From contig CAWCBP010000014.1 in NCBI GenBank assembly GCA_963793865.1, positions 64,001 through 128,000 of the forward strand: a DNA stretch of 64,000 bases. The letters run 5' to 3'. Below are positions 1-8,955 of the stretch, in pieces. The notes below the pieces were generated by a model, which searched no databases, was not told where the DNA came from, and saw nothing but the letters and a program-made list of their open reading frames with translations. Both the position numbers and the translations under genes were made by a program. This DNA comes from an uncultured delta proteobacterium (GTDB taxonomy: Bacteria > Desulfobacterota > WTBG01). How positions within the stretch are numbered: position 1 is the first letter of the stretch; each line of letters starts with the position of its first letter.

Positions 1-919
1 AATATAATCTATATCGCTGCGATCAATGCCGGCCTGCCGGATTGTCTCCTCTATACATGTGGAAACACCCTCAACGCGCGCATCAAATGAGCTTTCTTCG
101 CAGGAAAAGTTTCCTCCCTGCAGAGCGCAGGTGTAGCCGCCGACCTCCGCGTAGATGGCGGCGTTTCTCTTAAGGGCATGCCCGAGCTCTTCTAAAATGA
201 GAACCGCGGCACCTTCTCCCATCAAAAACCCGCTTCTCCGCTTGTCAAAAGGGGCGGCAGGATGACGCCGGGTCTTCCTCCCCTGCCGAAAACAGGCCCG
301 CGTCGGCGAGCGAAAGGAGATAGGAGGGATTAAGGCTGCTGCATCCTCCGGCAATGAATATATCAGCATCGCCGTATTGAATGGACTTGAATGCCTCGCC
401 AACCGCCTGGGTTCCCGACGCGGTGAGCGAGCAGAATGCGATATTAGGGCCCTGCAGGGAGTGCGTAATGGCACTGTGGCACAGGCTCATGTTGGGCAGT
501 ATGGTAAGCGGCCAGATCGGATTCAGCGTTGTTGTCTCACCCGGTTCCCGGAGAAAGCTGAAGGCCTCATCAAGGGTATACTGAATGCCGAAGGCCCCGA
601 ATGCAATGCCGAACGCAGCGGGCCCGGTTGTCTCCCGGTTGAATCCCGCGTCGGCAAGAGCTTCATCCGTCGCGGCAACGGCCAGCTGTGCATCCCTGTT
701 CATCAGCTTGATATTTTTTTTCTTGCCCGGCAGGCTGGAGGGATTAAAACTCTTGACTTCGCCGGCTATTGTGACCTTTAACGACGGGGACCCGGAGGAA
801 GAGATAAAGCCGATGCCTGAAGTGCCTGCAATGAGAGCGTCCCAACTGTCGCGTACGGTATGTCCCAGGGGAGAAACAAGCCCCAGACCGGTTATCACGA
901 CGCGCCGCTTATGCGTCAT
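1..919 (-). CDS. Non-catalytic ketosynthase-like (FabF-like/chain-length-factor-like) protein; +1 frameshift near 246-254; runs off the window edge
   Basis: KS N-terminus RRVVITGLGLVSPLG. The catalytic Cys position reads T (GPNIAFCSLTASGTQAVG vs GPVSTSSTACASSAQAIG). After CRPF the shifted frame continues DKRRSGFLMGEGAAVLILEE...IDYI to base 1. Confidence 0.8.
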
Positions 920-2198
920 AATACCGTTCTACCACCAGGCTGGCGTTCTGACCGCCGAATGCGAACGAGTTTGAGAGCACGGAATTGACTTCATGCTTCC
1001 GGGGCTCATTGGGGACGTAGTCGAGGTCGCAAGCGGGATCGGGAATCTCGTAATTGATGGTCGCCGGGATGATCTTGTTCTGAATGGTCATGACGCTCAT
1101 GATCAGCTCAATGGTGCCCGCGCTGGCAATCAGGTGCCCCAGCATGGACTTGTTGGAACTGATGGGCGTATCGTATGCCGTCTCGCCGAAGACCTTTTTT
1201 ATAGCCTGGGTTTCGCTGCGGTCATTGACCAGAGTCGAGGTGCCGTGCGCGTTTATGTAATCTATCTGATCCGGTGAGATCCCGGCGTCCAGCAGGGCCG
1301 TCCTCATTGATTGATCAGCCCCTCTGCCGTCCGGGGGAGAGTCGGTCAGCCGGTAGGCGTTGGAGGATGAACCAAAGCCGGTGATTTCCGCCAGGATGCG
1401 CGCGCCCCGTGCCCGGGCATGGGATAACTCCTCGAGTACCAGAATGCCTGAACCTTCGCCAAGCACAAAACCGTCACGCGTAAGATCAAATGGCCTGCTT
1501 GCCCTTTGGGGATCGTTGTTGTTGTGGGAAAGGGCGCCGAGCAGACCGAACCCCGCAACCGAGAACTCGCTGATGATGGAATCACATCCGCCGGTAATCA
1601 TTATGTCCGCGTCCGCGTGTTCAATCATGCGCATGGCCTTTCCTATTGCCTGCGCGCTTGAGGCGCACGCCGTGGAAGAAGTGCTCACCGGGCCCCGGGC
1701 ATTGAAGAGAATGGAGAGTATGTTGGAGGTGGTGTGCGCGCATCTCCTGATCGCCCATAATTGGGCCAGGCGGTTTGAATCCCTGAAATAGGAGAGATCC
1801 TTGTTCTGCAGGGAGTATAAAATATTTTCCTCTCTGAAGGCGTTGCTGAATTCGGAAAGTTTGGTGGTTTCTTCATTTCCACCCAGGGAAATGCCGAACA
1901 TGGTATCATCGATGGCGTCGAGGTTAAGGCCGGCATGCTTGATGGCCTCCTGAGCGGCGGCGACACAGAACTTGGTTGCCCTTCCGGCAAACGGCTTCAG
2001 TTCTTCGGGCAGCATCAGCTTTGATTCATCAAAACTCTTTACCTCAGCCGCGATCTTCACCGGAAAGGAGGATGCATCGAAGAGGGAAATGTAATCGATG
2101 CCGGACAGGGATTTCATCAGACTTTCCCAGGTCTGGTCCAAAGTTCCTCCGAGCGGCGTCACCGCACCCATGCCTGTTATCACAACTCTTCGTTCCAT
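909..2198 (-). CDS. fabF: Beta-ketoacyl-ACP synthase II family ketosynthase
   Basis: TACASS catalytic Cys, NAHGTST and KSMLGH His motifs, SNSFAFGGQN C-terminus. Confidence 0.9.
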   Translation of the reverse strand: MERRVVITGMGAVTPLGGTLDQTWESLMKSLSGIDYISLFDASSFPVKIAAEVKSFDESKLMLPEELKPFAGRATKFCVAAAQEAIKHAGLNLDAIDDTMFGISLGGNEETTKLSEFSNAFREENILYSLQNKDLSYFRDSNRLAQLWAIRRCAHTTSNILSILFNARGPVSTSSTACASSAQAIGKAMRMIEHADADIMITGGCDSIISEFSVAGFGLLGALSHNNNDPQRASRPFDLTRDGFVLGEGSGILVLEELSHARARGARILAEITGFGSSSNAYRLTDSPPDGRGADQSMRTALLDAGISPDQIDYINAHGTSTLVNDRSETQAIKKVFGETAYDTPISSNKSMLGHLIASAGTIELIMSVMTIQNKIIPATINYEIPDPACDLDYVPNEPRKHEVNSVLSNSFAFGGQNASLVVERYYDA

Positions 2199-2252
2199 AT
2201 GTGTATCCTCTTATTTTTATAAGCAACTTTTTAGATGGTTGCCCAGCTAAAA

Positions 2253-2268
2253 AGCAAAGTGAATGCCA
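2253..2268 (-). promoter_or_regulatory. Sigma54 (-24/-12) promoter for the ketosynthase operon
   Basis: Minus strand reads TGGCATTCACTTTGCT, matching TGGCAY-N5-TTGCW, about 55 bp upstream of the fabF start. Confidence 0.8.
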
Positions 2269-2318
2269 TAATTATTTTTTATGCCAACGATAGTCACGAT
2301 TTTATAAATTACTCGATT

Positions 2319-2331
2319 AATCATTTACTTA
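2319..2331. promoter_or_regulatory. Possible IHF site between the sigma54 promoter and the enhancer
   Basis: AATCATTTACTTA is one mismatch from WATCAR-N4-TTR, in an AT-rich tract. Confidence 0.4.
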
Positions 2332-2380
2332 TCAGCATAAAAATTTTTTCTAAAATAAGTCTTTGCAACATCCGTTAAAA

Positions 2381-2401
2381 TGACCTAGTATGAAGTGGTC
2401 A
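2381..2401. promoter_or_regulatory. Candidate upstream activator sequence (inverted repeat)
   Basis: TGACC-N11-GGTCA about 115-130 bp upstream of the -24 element; ATCCGTT direct repeats on both sides. Confidence 0.35.
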
Positions 2402-2552
2402 GATTCAGCCAATCCGTTTTATCTGAGAGGTTGTATAGAGCCAGCATATATATGCGCCGGCCGCCCTGTGGCGCCGCAGGTGTGATGGCCGTACCGGAAC
2501 CGGAATTGCTTGTCATTCATGCATGGTTCAATCAGGAAGATTCCGTAAAACG

Positions 2553-3473
2553 ATGAATCGCACATTTCTCGCGTTTGTCTTACTGTTGCTTATCGCAACC
2601 CCGGATCCCGCTCTTTCAGCCGGCGAAATCATTATTATTAAAAGCAGCGATATTATTCCCTACCAAAAGGCAGTCGAGGGGTTTAAGAAACATTTTGCCA
2701 GCGGCAGCTACCGTGAGCATGTGATCGATGAAGATGTGAAAGAGAAGGGCAAGCTGGTTCTGGCGGGGGCGGTGGAGCGGGGAGGAGATCTCATCGTTGC
2801 CGTCGGGCCTGAAGCGGCCTACCTGACCGGCACCGCCTCAATTTCCATTCCGGTGATTTTCACCATGGTATCCAACCCGGAAAAACTTTTTCCGGAAGGG
2901 GATGCGGCCCACCGAGGTGTAAGTCTCAACCTGCCCGTTGCGCTTCAACTGGAACAGATAAAGTCCGCCTTTGTGGGCAGAAAAAAGATAGGCGTGTTCT
3001 ACACCCCGGAGCACAATCAGAAAAACCTTGATGCCATCATGTCGCAGGGCGCGGCCCTGGGGCTTACCGTGGCGGGCATGCCCATCAGCTCGCAAAAGCA
3101 GATCCCCGAATTTCTTGAATCCCCCCTGACCGGTATCGATGTGCTGCTGCTTATTCCCGACAGGACCATCGGCTCGGAGAAAATCCTCAAGTACATTATC
3201 AAGAGCATGCTCCTGAAGAAAATCCCCGTGGTGGGATTCAACGAGTGGTTCGCGGAGAACGGGGCAATCCTTTCCTTTTCCCTGGATTACGAGGAAATCG
3301 GCAGGCAGACGGCTGAATATGCCCGCAGGCTGCTGGATGAGAAAAGCCCGCCGGGCAGTTCCGTGCAGGAGCCCTCACGGGTAAGAACCATCATCAACCT
3401 CAAAGTTGCTCAAAAGCTTTCCGTGACCATTTCGGCGGAGATGATCAAGCAGGCCAGCGAGGTTATTCAGTGA
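2553..3473 (+). CDS. Periplasmic ABC-type substrate-binding-like protein (ABC_sub_bind family), no permease nearby
   Basis: Signal peptide MNRTFLAFVLLLL; motifs VAVG, PVIFTMV, GAILSFSLDYEEIGRQTA, INLKVA; overlaps the kinase start. Alternative start 2523. Confidence 0.8.
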   Translation: MNRTFLAFVLLLLIATPDPALSAGEIIIIKSSDIIPYQKAVEGFKKHFASGSYREHVIDEDVKEKGKLVLAGAVERGGDLIVAVGPEAAYLTGTASISIPVIFTMVSNPEKLFPEGDAAHRGVSLNLPVALQLEQIKSAFVGRKKIGVFYTPEHNQKNLDAIMSQGAALGLTVAGMPISSQKQIPEFLESPLTGIDVLLLIPDRTIGSEKILKYIIKSMLLKKIPVVGFNEWFAENGAILSFSLDYEEIGRQTAEYARRLLDEKSPPGSSVQEPSRVRTIINLKVAQKLSVTISAEMIKQASEVIQ

Positions 3474-4903
3474 TCAGAGACAGCCTTAACACCAGGATTT
3501 TAATACTTACCATCTCGCTCTTCGTGGTCTGCTCGCTGGTGTACGGCATTTTCTTTTCCTTTCAGTCCAAGAAGGCGCTCATGGAGGAGTTTGTCACCCG
3601 CGGCAATGCCCTGGTGAAAAACCTGGCATTGAATGCCGAGGTGGAGATCCTGATCGAAAACAGCGGGACCCTGGCTACGCTTGCGGAAAATCTTCTCCAG
3701 GAGCGGGATGTGCAGCGCGTAAAAATCATGAATGAAAACAAACAGGTTCTGGTTGACCTCGCCAAGCCGGGTGCCCTGCCGGAAAAGTACCGCGAACCCA
3801 TGTTTCTGGTGGTGGGCAGGGGAAACGACAAGAACATCTCGGACCGTTTTGCATTCTCTTTTGCGGAAGGAGGCAACGCGGTTTCGATCGGGGGCAGTGA
3901 GCAGGTTATCGGCTACATCGAAGTGGTGTTTTCAAAAAAAACCATCTTCGATACCATCGATACCATGAGAAGAGACATGTTTATAGCCGCTGTTGTGGCA
4001 ACCGTCATCGGCTGCATACTGGCCCTTTACTTTTCACTTTCCATCGTAAAGCCGATACGGCGGCTTGCCACTGCCACCACCCGCATTGCCAGGGGAGAAT
4101 GGGAGACAACCCTTCCCATTGACAGCCGCGACGAGGTGGGGGAACTGACCGACGCGTTCAATAAAATGTCGGTGGCGCTGATGCAGAAGCGGGACGAGCT
4201 GGAGCAAACCTACCGGGAGCTGGCCAGGCGGGAGCGGATGGCTGAAATAGGCAATTTCTCCATGATGATAGCCCACGAGCTTAAGAACCCCCTGGGCATT
4301 ATCAAGGGATCCGTCGACATTATTGCCAGGGAGGGGGTCAAGTCGAAGGTCAGAAAAACCATGATTGAATACATACAGGATGAGGTCAGGCGGCTGAACC
4401 GGCTGGTCGAGGATTTTCTCTCCTTTGCCCGCCCGAAACCCGCCCACAAGAGCCCGGTCAACATCAACCAGGTGGTGAACAAAATGGTGGCCATGGTGCC
4501 CCTCCAGGAGTTCAGTGAGAAGGATATTGCCCTCTCGGTGGAGCTGGGGCCGGATGTGCGTGAAGTCAATGTCGACGAGCATCAGATTTATCAGGCGCTG
4601 CTCAATATCTTTTCCAATGCCGTTCAGGCCATACCCGAGCGCGGTGAGATTAGTATCAGGACGGCGAACGAGAAAGACGGGGTGCTTATTTCCGTCACCG
4701 ACAGCGGCGTTGGCATAAGCGATGAGGAGAAGGGAAAGGTGTTTGAGCCCTTCTTTACCAAGAAGCCGCGGGGCACGGGGCTGGGGCTGGCAGTGGTTAA
4801 AAAAATTATTGACAATCACGGCGGCGAAATCCTGATCGCGGACCGCGCGGGCGGGGGCACCGTTTTTTCACTGTGGCTTCCGGGGAACGGAACATCTGAC
4901 TAA
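3470..4903 (+). CDS. Membrane sensor histidine kinase (2 TM, HAMP, HisKA, HATPase)
   Basis: HAMP (PIRRL...DEVGELTDAFNKM), H-box AHELKNPL, N box, DSGVG, FEPFFT, GTGLGL. Confidence 0.95.
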   Translation: MIRDSLNTRILILTISLFVVCSLVYGIFFSFQSKKALMEEFVTRGNALVKNLALNAEVEILIENSGTLATLAENLLQERDVQRVKIMNENKQVLVDLAKPGALPEKYREPMFLVVGRGNDKNISDRFAFSFAEGGNAVSIGGSEQVIGYIEVVFSKKTIFDTIDTMRRDMFIAAVVATVIGCILALYFSLSIVKPIRRLATATTRIARGEWETTLPIDSRDEVGELTDAFNKMSVALMQKRDELEQTYRELARRERMAEIGNFSMMIAHELKNPLGIIKGSVDIIAREGVKSKVRKTMIEYIQDEVRRLNRLVEDFLSFARPKPAHKSPVNINQVVNKMVAMVPLQEFSEKDIALSVELGPDVREVNVDEHQIYQALLNIFSNAVQAIPERGEISIRTANEKDGVLISVTDSGVGISDEEKGKVFEPFFTKKPRGTGLGLAVVKKIIDNHGGEILIADRAGGGTVFSLWLPGNGTSD

Positions 4904-4943
4904 TCCGGCGTCGTGTCTCATAAATAACGTATGATAAAAAGTA

Positions 4944-4986
4944 GTCGTTGCGAGGAGTCCCGCAGGGGCGGGCGACGAAGCAATCT
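4944..4986. repeat. Palindromic REP-like element (GTCGTTGCGAGGAG...CGAAGCAATC family)
   Basis: Near-identical inverted copy at 10707-10750. Confidence 0.75.
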
Positions 4987-5005
4987 CTTTCAATAAAATT
5001 TTCCA

Positions 5006-5076
5006 CAGGCTGTATAAAGGCTCAAAAGCCCCTCCCCCTTGAGCCACAAATCAAATGGGTGTTTTTCAATAGCCTG
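5006..5076. mobile_element. Short MITE-like element with CAGGCT ends
   Basis: Reverse complement of the right end, caggctattgaaaaacacccat, matches the left end of the 55054 element. Confidence 0.6.
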
Positions 5077-5105
5077 CCAGGAAAACAGGCGTCGCGAGGT
5101 GTCGA

Positions 5106-6482
5106 ATGGAACGGATCTTAATTGTCGACGATGAAAAGAAAATGAGGCACATCCTTCAGTTAATGCTGGAGCGGGAAGGTTTCAAAATCGAGCAGGCGGA
5201 AAACGGAAGGGTCGCGCTGGACATGCTCAAAAACGGGAAATTTTCCCTGATGATTACCGACCTGAAAATGCCGGAGCTGGACGGGCTGTCGCTGCTGGAC
5301 GCGGCGAAGAAGATTGATCCCTATTTCCCGGTGGTGGTGATTACCGCTTTCGGCACCATAGAAAACGCGGTCGAGGCGATGCAGAAGGGCGCCATCGATT
5401 ACATTACCAAGCCCTTTGAGGAGGAAAAAATTCTCATCACCGTCAAGCGGAGCCTCACCATCTCAAAGCTGAGCGAAGAGGTGAAAGTGCTGCGGGAAGA
5501 GCTGATGAAGCACTTCGATTTCTCCGGCATCATAGCCCACTCCAAAAAAATGCTGGCGGTTTTAAACCAGGCGTCGCTGGTCTCCAAGACCCCGGACAGC
5601 ACCGTGCTCATACAGGGTGAGAGCGGCACGGGCAAGGAGCTGCTGGCCCGGGCCATACATTACAACAGCAGCCGAAGCCAGCACCGCTTTGTCGCCATCA
5701 ACTGCGCGGCCATACCCTCGGAGCTGATCGAAAGCGAGCTCTTCGGCTATGAAAAAGGTGCTTTCACCGGCGCGCAGAAGCGGAAGGAAGGAAAGTTTGA
5801 ACAGGCACACAACGGAACCATCCTGCTTGACGAGATCGGGGACTTAAGCCTGGAGGCGCAGGCCAAGGTGCTGCGGATCATGGAGCAGAAGGAGTTCGAC
5901 CGGGTGGGAGGCAACGAATCGGTCAAGGTTGATGTCCGGGTCATCGGGGCCACCAACAGGGATCTCGACCGGCTTGCCGCAGAGAATGCCTTCCGCAGGG
6001 ACCTGCTCTTCCGCATCAAGGTGTTTCCCATCTACATTCCCCCGTTGCGGGAGCGACGTGAGGATGTGATTGTCCTGGCCGATCATTTTCTCAAAAACTT
6101 CGCCCAGTCCATGGGAAAGCCACACCCGGAAATCACCGAGGGGGCAAAGGCCTATCTGCTCAAGCAGACATGGCCGGGCAATGTCAGGGAGCTGGAGAAT
6201 ACCATCGAGCGGGCGGTCATCCATTCTCCGGACGGGAGGATTGATATGGCCCATCTGGCGGTTCCTTCGCAGGCGGAGGGGGAAAAGGATGAGGTGGATT
6301 CGAATATCCTGCTGCCCCCCGAGGGGATTGACCTTGAAATGCTGGAAAGAAATGTGGTCAAGCAGGCGCTGGCCGCGGCGGAAAACAACCAGAGCAGGGC
6401 CGCCAAGCTGCTGGGCCTGACCAGGGGTAAATTCCGGGTGCTGTTAAAAAACCTGAAGGAAGAGGACGCCAATGAAGACTAG
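5106..6482 (+). CDS. Sigma54-dependent NtrC/AtoC-family response regulator
   Basis: Receiver (DD, TDLKMP), Walker A GESGTGKE, GAFTGA loop, LLDEIGD, WPGNVREL, Fis-type HTH. Confidence 0.95.
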   Translation: MERILIVDDEKKMRHILQLMLEREGFKIEQAENGRVALDMLKNGKFSLMITDLKMPELDGLSLLDAAKKIDPYFPVVVITAFGTIENAVEAMQKGAIDYITKPFEEEKILITVKRSLTISKLSEEVKVLREELMKHFDFSGIIAHSKKMLAVLNQASLVSKTPDSTVLIQGESGTGKELLARAIHYNSSRSQHRFVAINCAAIPSELIESELFGYEKGAFTGAQKRKEGKFEQAHNGTILLDEIGDLSLEAQAKVLRIMEQKEFDRVGGNESVKVDVRVIGATNRDLDRLAAENAFRRDLLFRIKVFPIYIPPLRERREDVIVLADHFLKNFAQSMGKPHPEITEGAKAYLLKQTWPGNVRELENTIERAVIHSPDGRIDMAHLAVPSQAEGEKDEVDSNILLPPEGIDLEMLERNVVKQALAAAENNQSRAAKLLGLTRGKFRVLLKNLKEEDANED

Positions 6483-8557
6483 CCGTCGCATCATGGTAAT
6501 CGCGTTCTGCGCTCTGAGCATCCTCGCGCATCCTCCCCGGCTTCCCGCTCAGGAGGAGGGGAAAAAGCCCGGGAATGAAAGCGTGGAGGAAATTTTCGAG
6601 GACACCAAGGTCATGTTTATCGGTGAAGACCTGTACACGGTTTCCATTGCCTCGCGGCGCGAAGAGCCGCTGAGGCGGGCGCCGGCGGCGGTTACCATCA
6701 TCGGGGGCGAGGAGCTCAAGCGGTACCGTACCCTGGCGGAAGCCCTTTCCAGCGTCCCGGGATTTTTTGCAGATCGCAATGAGACCAAAAAACAGAATGT
6801 ATTTGCGGGGAGTGCCCGATTCATTCCTGGTGCTGATGGACGGCGTGCCCTTTTCCAATGACACCTCCACAAATAGCTATCCGCGTGAAATGGAGCTTTC
6901 GCTCGACTACCTCGAAAAAATTGAAATCATCCGGGGACCCGGCTCGGCCCTGTGGGGAGCCGATGCCTTCTCGGGAATCGTGAATCTGGTGCCCAGGAAA
7001 GGGAAAGACCTGGAGGGAACGACGGTTTCATCGGAGGTGGGTACCTTTAACACCCAGCGCTACAACCTCCTGTCCGGCTATAACCGTCGTGATGTGGACG
7101 TGCTGCTGTCAGCCAACTATACCGCCACCGATGATTTTGAGCACAACCTTCCGGGTCTCAATGACCGGAAGCGGGATTACGCGGCCGAATTTTACGGCAA
7201 GGTGCGCTACAAGGAGCATCTGGAGATTTCGGGAAGGCTGTCCAACTACAGAAATTTCACCCAGTTTGAAATCAATCCCCGACAGGCGTTATTGCCGGTT
7301 GCTTCCGCTTACTCACGCGGGTCGGGGAATTTGACGCCCTCCTGGGAGGAGCTCATCCGGGAGCAGTGGGAGGGATTTTTATCCACGCCGCGCCGCGACT
7401 TCCATGGCGAGGAATACAGCCCTTTCTCCTTTTTGCAGGCCGCCTATACCAAGGAGATAGGATCATCCTCCAGCCTCCTGCTGGCCGGGTACTTCGAGCG
7501 GTTTGAGAATAAGGAGGAATCGTACTGGTACACCTCGAAGAGTGAAAACCGGCAGTATGGTTTTGAGGGGAAGTATGATTTCAATTTCCTGTCCGATCAT
7601 TTCATGACCCTCGGCTGCTCAATGAAATACAATGATGCCGACAGCACGAAATGGCTGCTGAAGATATTTGACGGCCGGAGACTGACCATCATTCCTTCAT
7701 TTGAGAGCTATCTCTATTCATGTTATTTTCAGGATAAGTACCGGATAACCGATAATCTCGAGTTAACAGCGGGCGTGCGCTATGACGAGCCCGATGACTA
7801 TGATAATTCCGTAAGTCCCCGGATCGGCCTGAGCTGGTCTTTCCTGGATAATTTTAATCTCAAGCTGCTCTACGGCAGGGCATATCGAACTCCCGCCCGC
7901 TACCTGGTGGTCAACGAAAGCAACCTGGACACGGAGAAGATCGAAAGCTGGGAGGTGGAACTGGGCTATCGCTACGGAGAGACACTTTCCCTGAAAGGCA
8001 ATTTTTTCTATAATAAATTAAAGGACATTGTGGAAGAAGTTGCCTTTGGCATTGTTCGCAGCCGGGGTCGCGATCATGTCAAGGGAATAGAATTCTCCGC
8101 CCTCTACATACCGGTTTCACCACTCTCTTTGTACGGCAATGTTTCCTACCTCTTCAAGAATCGCGATGATTTTGTGTCCCGGGTCAGCCTCCCCGGTCCC
8201 GATCTCAGCCAGACTGAAGAGTTCAGCGTCAAAAGCGCTCTCAGCGCTCCCCGGGGCACATTCAACTGGGGAGTGAACTATGATTTCAGGGAGCGGGTTG
8301 CGGCAAACCTCAACTTCTCCTATTACATGAAACGGGAGGTCGGGGAGAACCTCTTCTACTCCAGAACCGGCAGCCTCTCGCCGTATCTACAGGTTGACTG
8401 CAACCTGTCGCTCAAGCATCTCTGGCACGACCGGCTGGGGATGTCAGTCAAGATAAGAAATGTTTTTGGCGAAAGTTACAGCTCCCGGGGGACGTACAGC
8501 GTGGTGGACGGGGCAGGCAGAGGCGCATACTTTTCCCTCCAGTATACGTTTAAGTAA
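6472..8557 (+). CDS. TonB-dependent receptor; +1 frameshift in the A6 run at 6787-6792
   Basis: Signal peptide and plug start (ASRREEPLRRAPAAVTII...LAEALSSVPG) in one frame; YLRG..LVLMDG..IEIIRGPGSALWGADAFSGIVN and a barrel ending YFSLQYTFK in the next frame. Confidence 0.9.
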
Positions 8558-8585
8558 AATACTAGCCAAAGATATTTGCAATTTC

Positions 8586-8637
8586 GGTAGAGCGCCTTCA
8601 GGTGCGATACATTCGCGGCTGAAAGCCGCTCCTACCG
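8586..8637. repeat. GTAG-type REP doublet
   Basis: Reverse complement aaccggtaggagcggctttcagccgcgaatg is nearly identical to 56966-56994. Confidence 0.75.
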
Positions 8638-8784
8638 GTTATAAGTATTTCTGAGAGAAAAACAACCGGCGGCTGGTAAATTCTCAGATTTAAGCCTGTA
8701 AGAATCTACAGCCGCATTTCGAAGGAGCAAGTGACTGGAAACCTGCTACAATTATCTTTTTTCTAGCAGGACATCCCCGTGAAT

Positions 8785-8809
8785 GCGGCGACCGGCCGGT
8801 CGCCCCTAC
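8785..8809 (-). repeat. GTAG-type REP (GTAGGGGCGACCGGCCGGTCGCC)
   Basis: GTAG foot followed by a palindrome on the minus strand. Confidence 0.65.
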
Positions 8810-8955
8810 AGATCAGATGCGATTTTCGTATTAAAGTACGTGCGTGCGTGGCCGAAAAAGAATGCATATGTTATATTCATGCATTCGCAGTGGTGCGGGT
8901 GTCAGCCTCAAGCTGCCGGGGCGATTACTACTTTTCTCCTGAAAGGAAACTGGTG

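Noticed and set aside
8779..8955. N-terminal extension of the first S8 peptidase given in the ORF track
   Set aside because: It overlaps a REP element; the RBS and signal peptide support the start at 8956.
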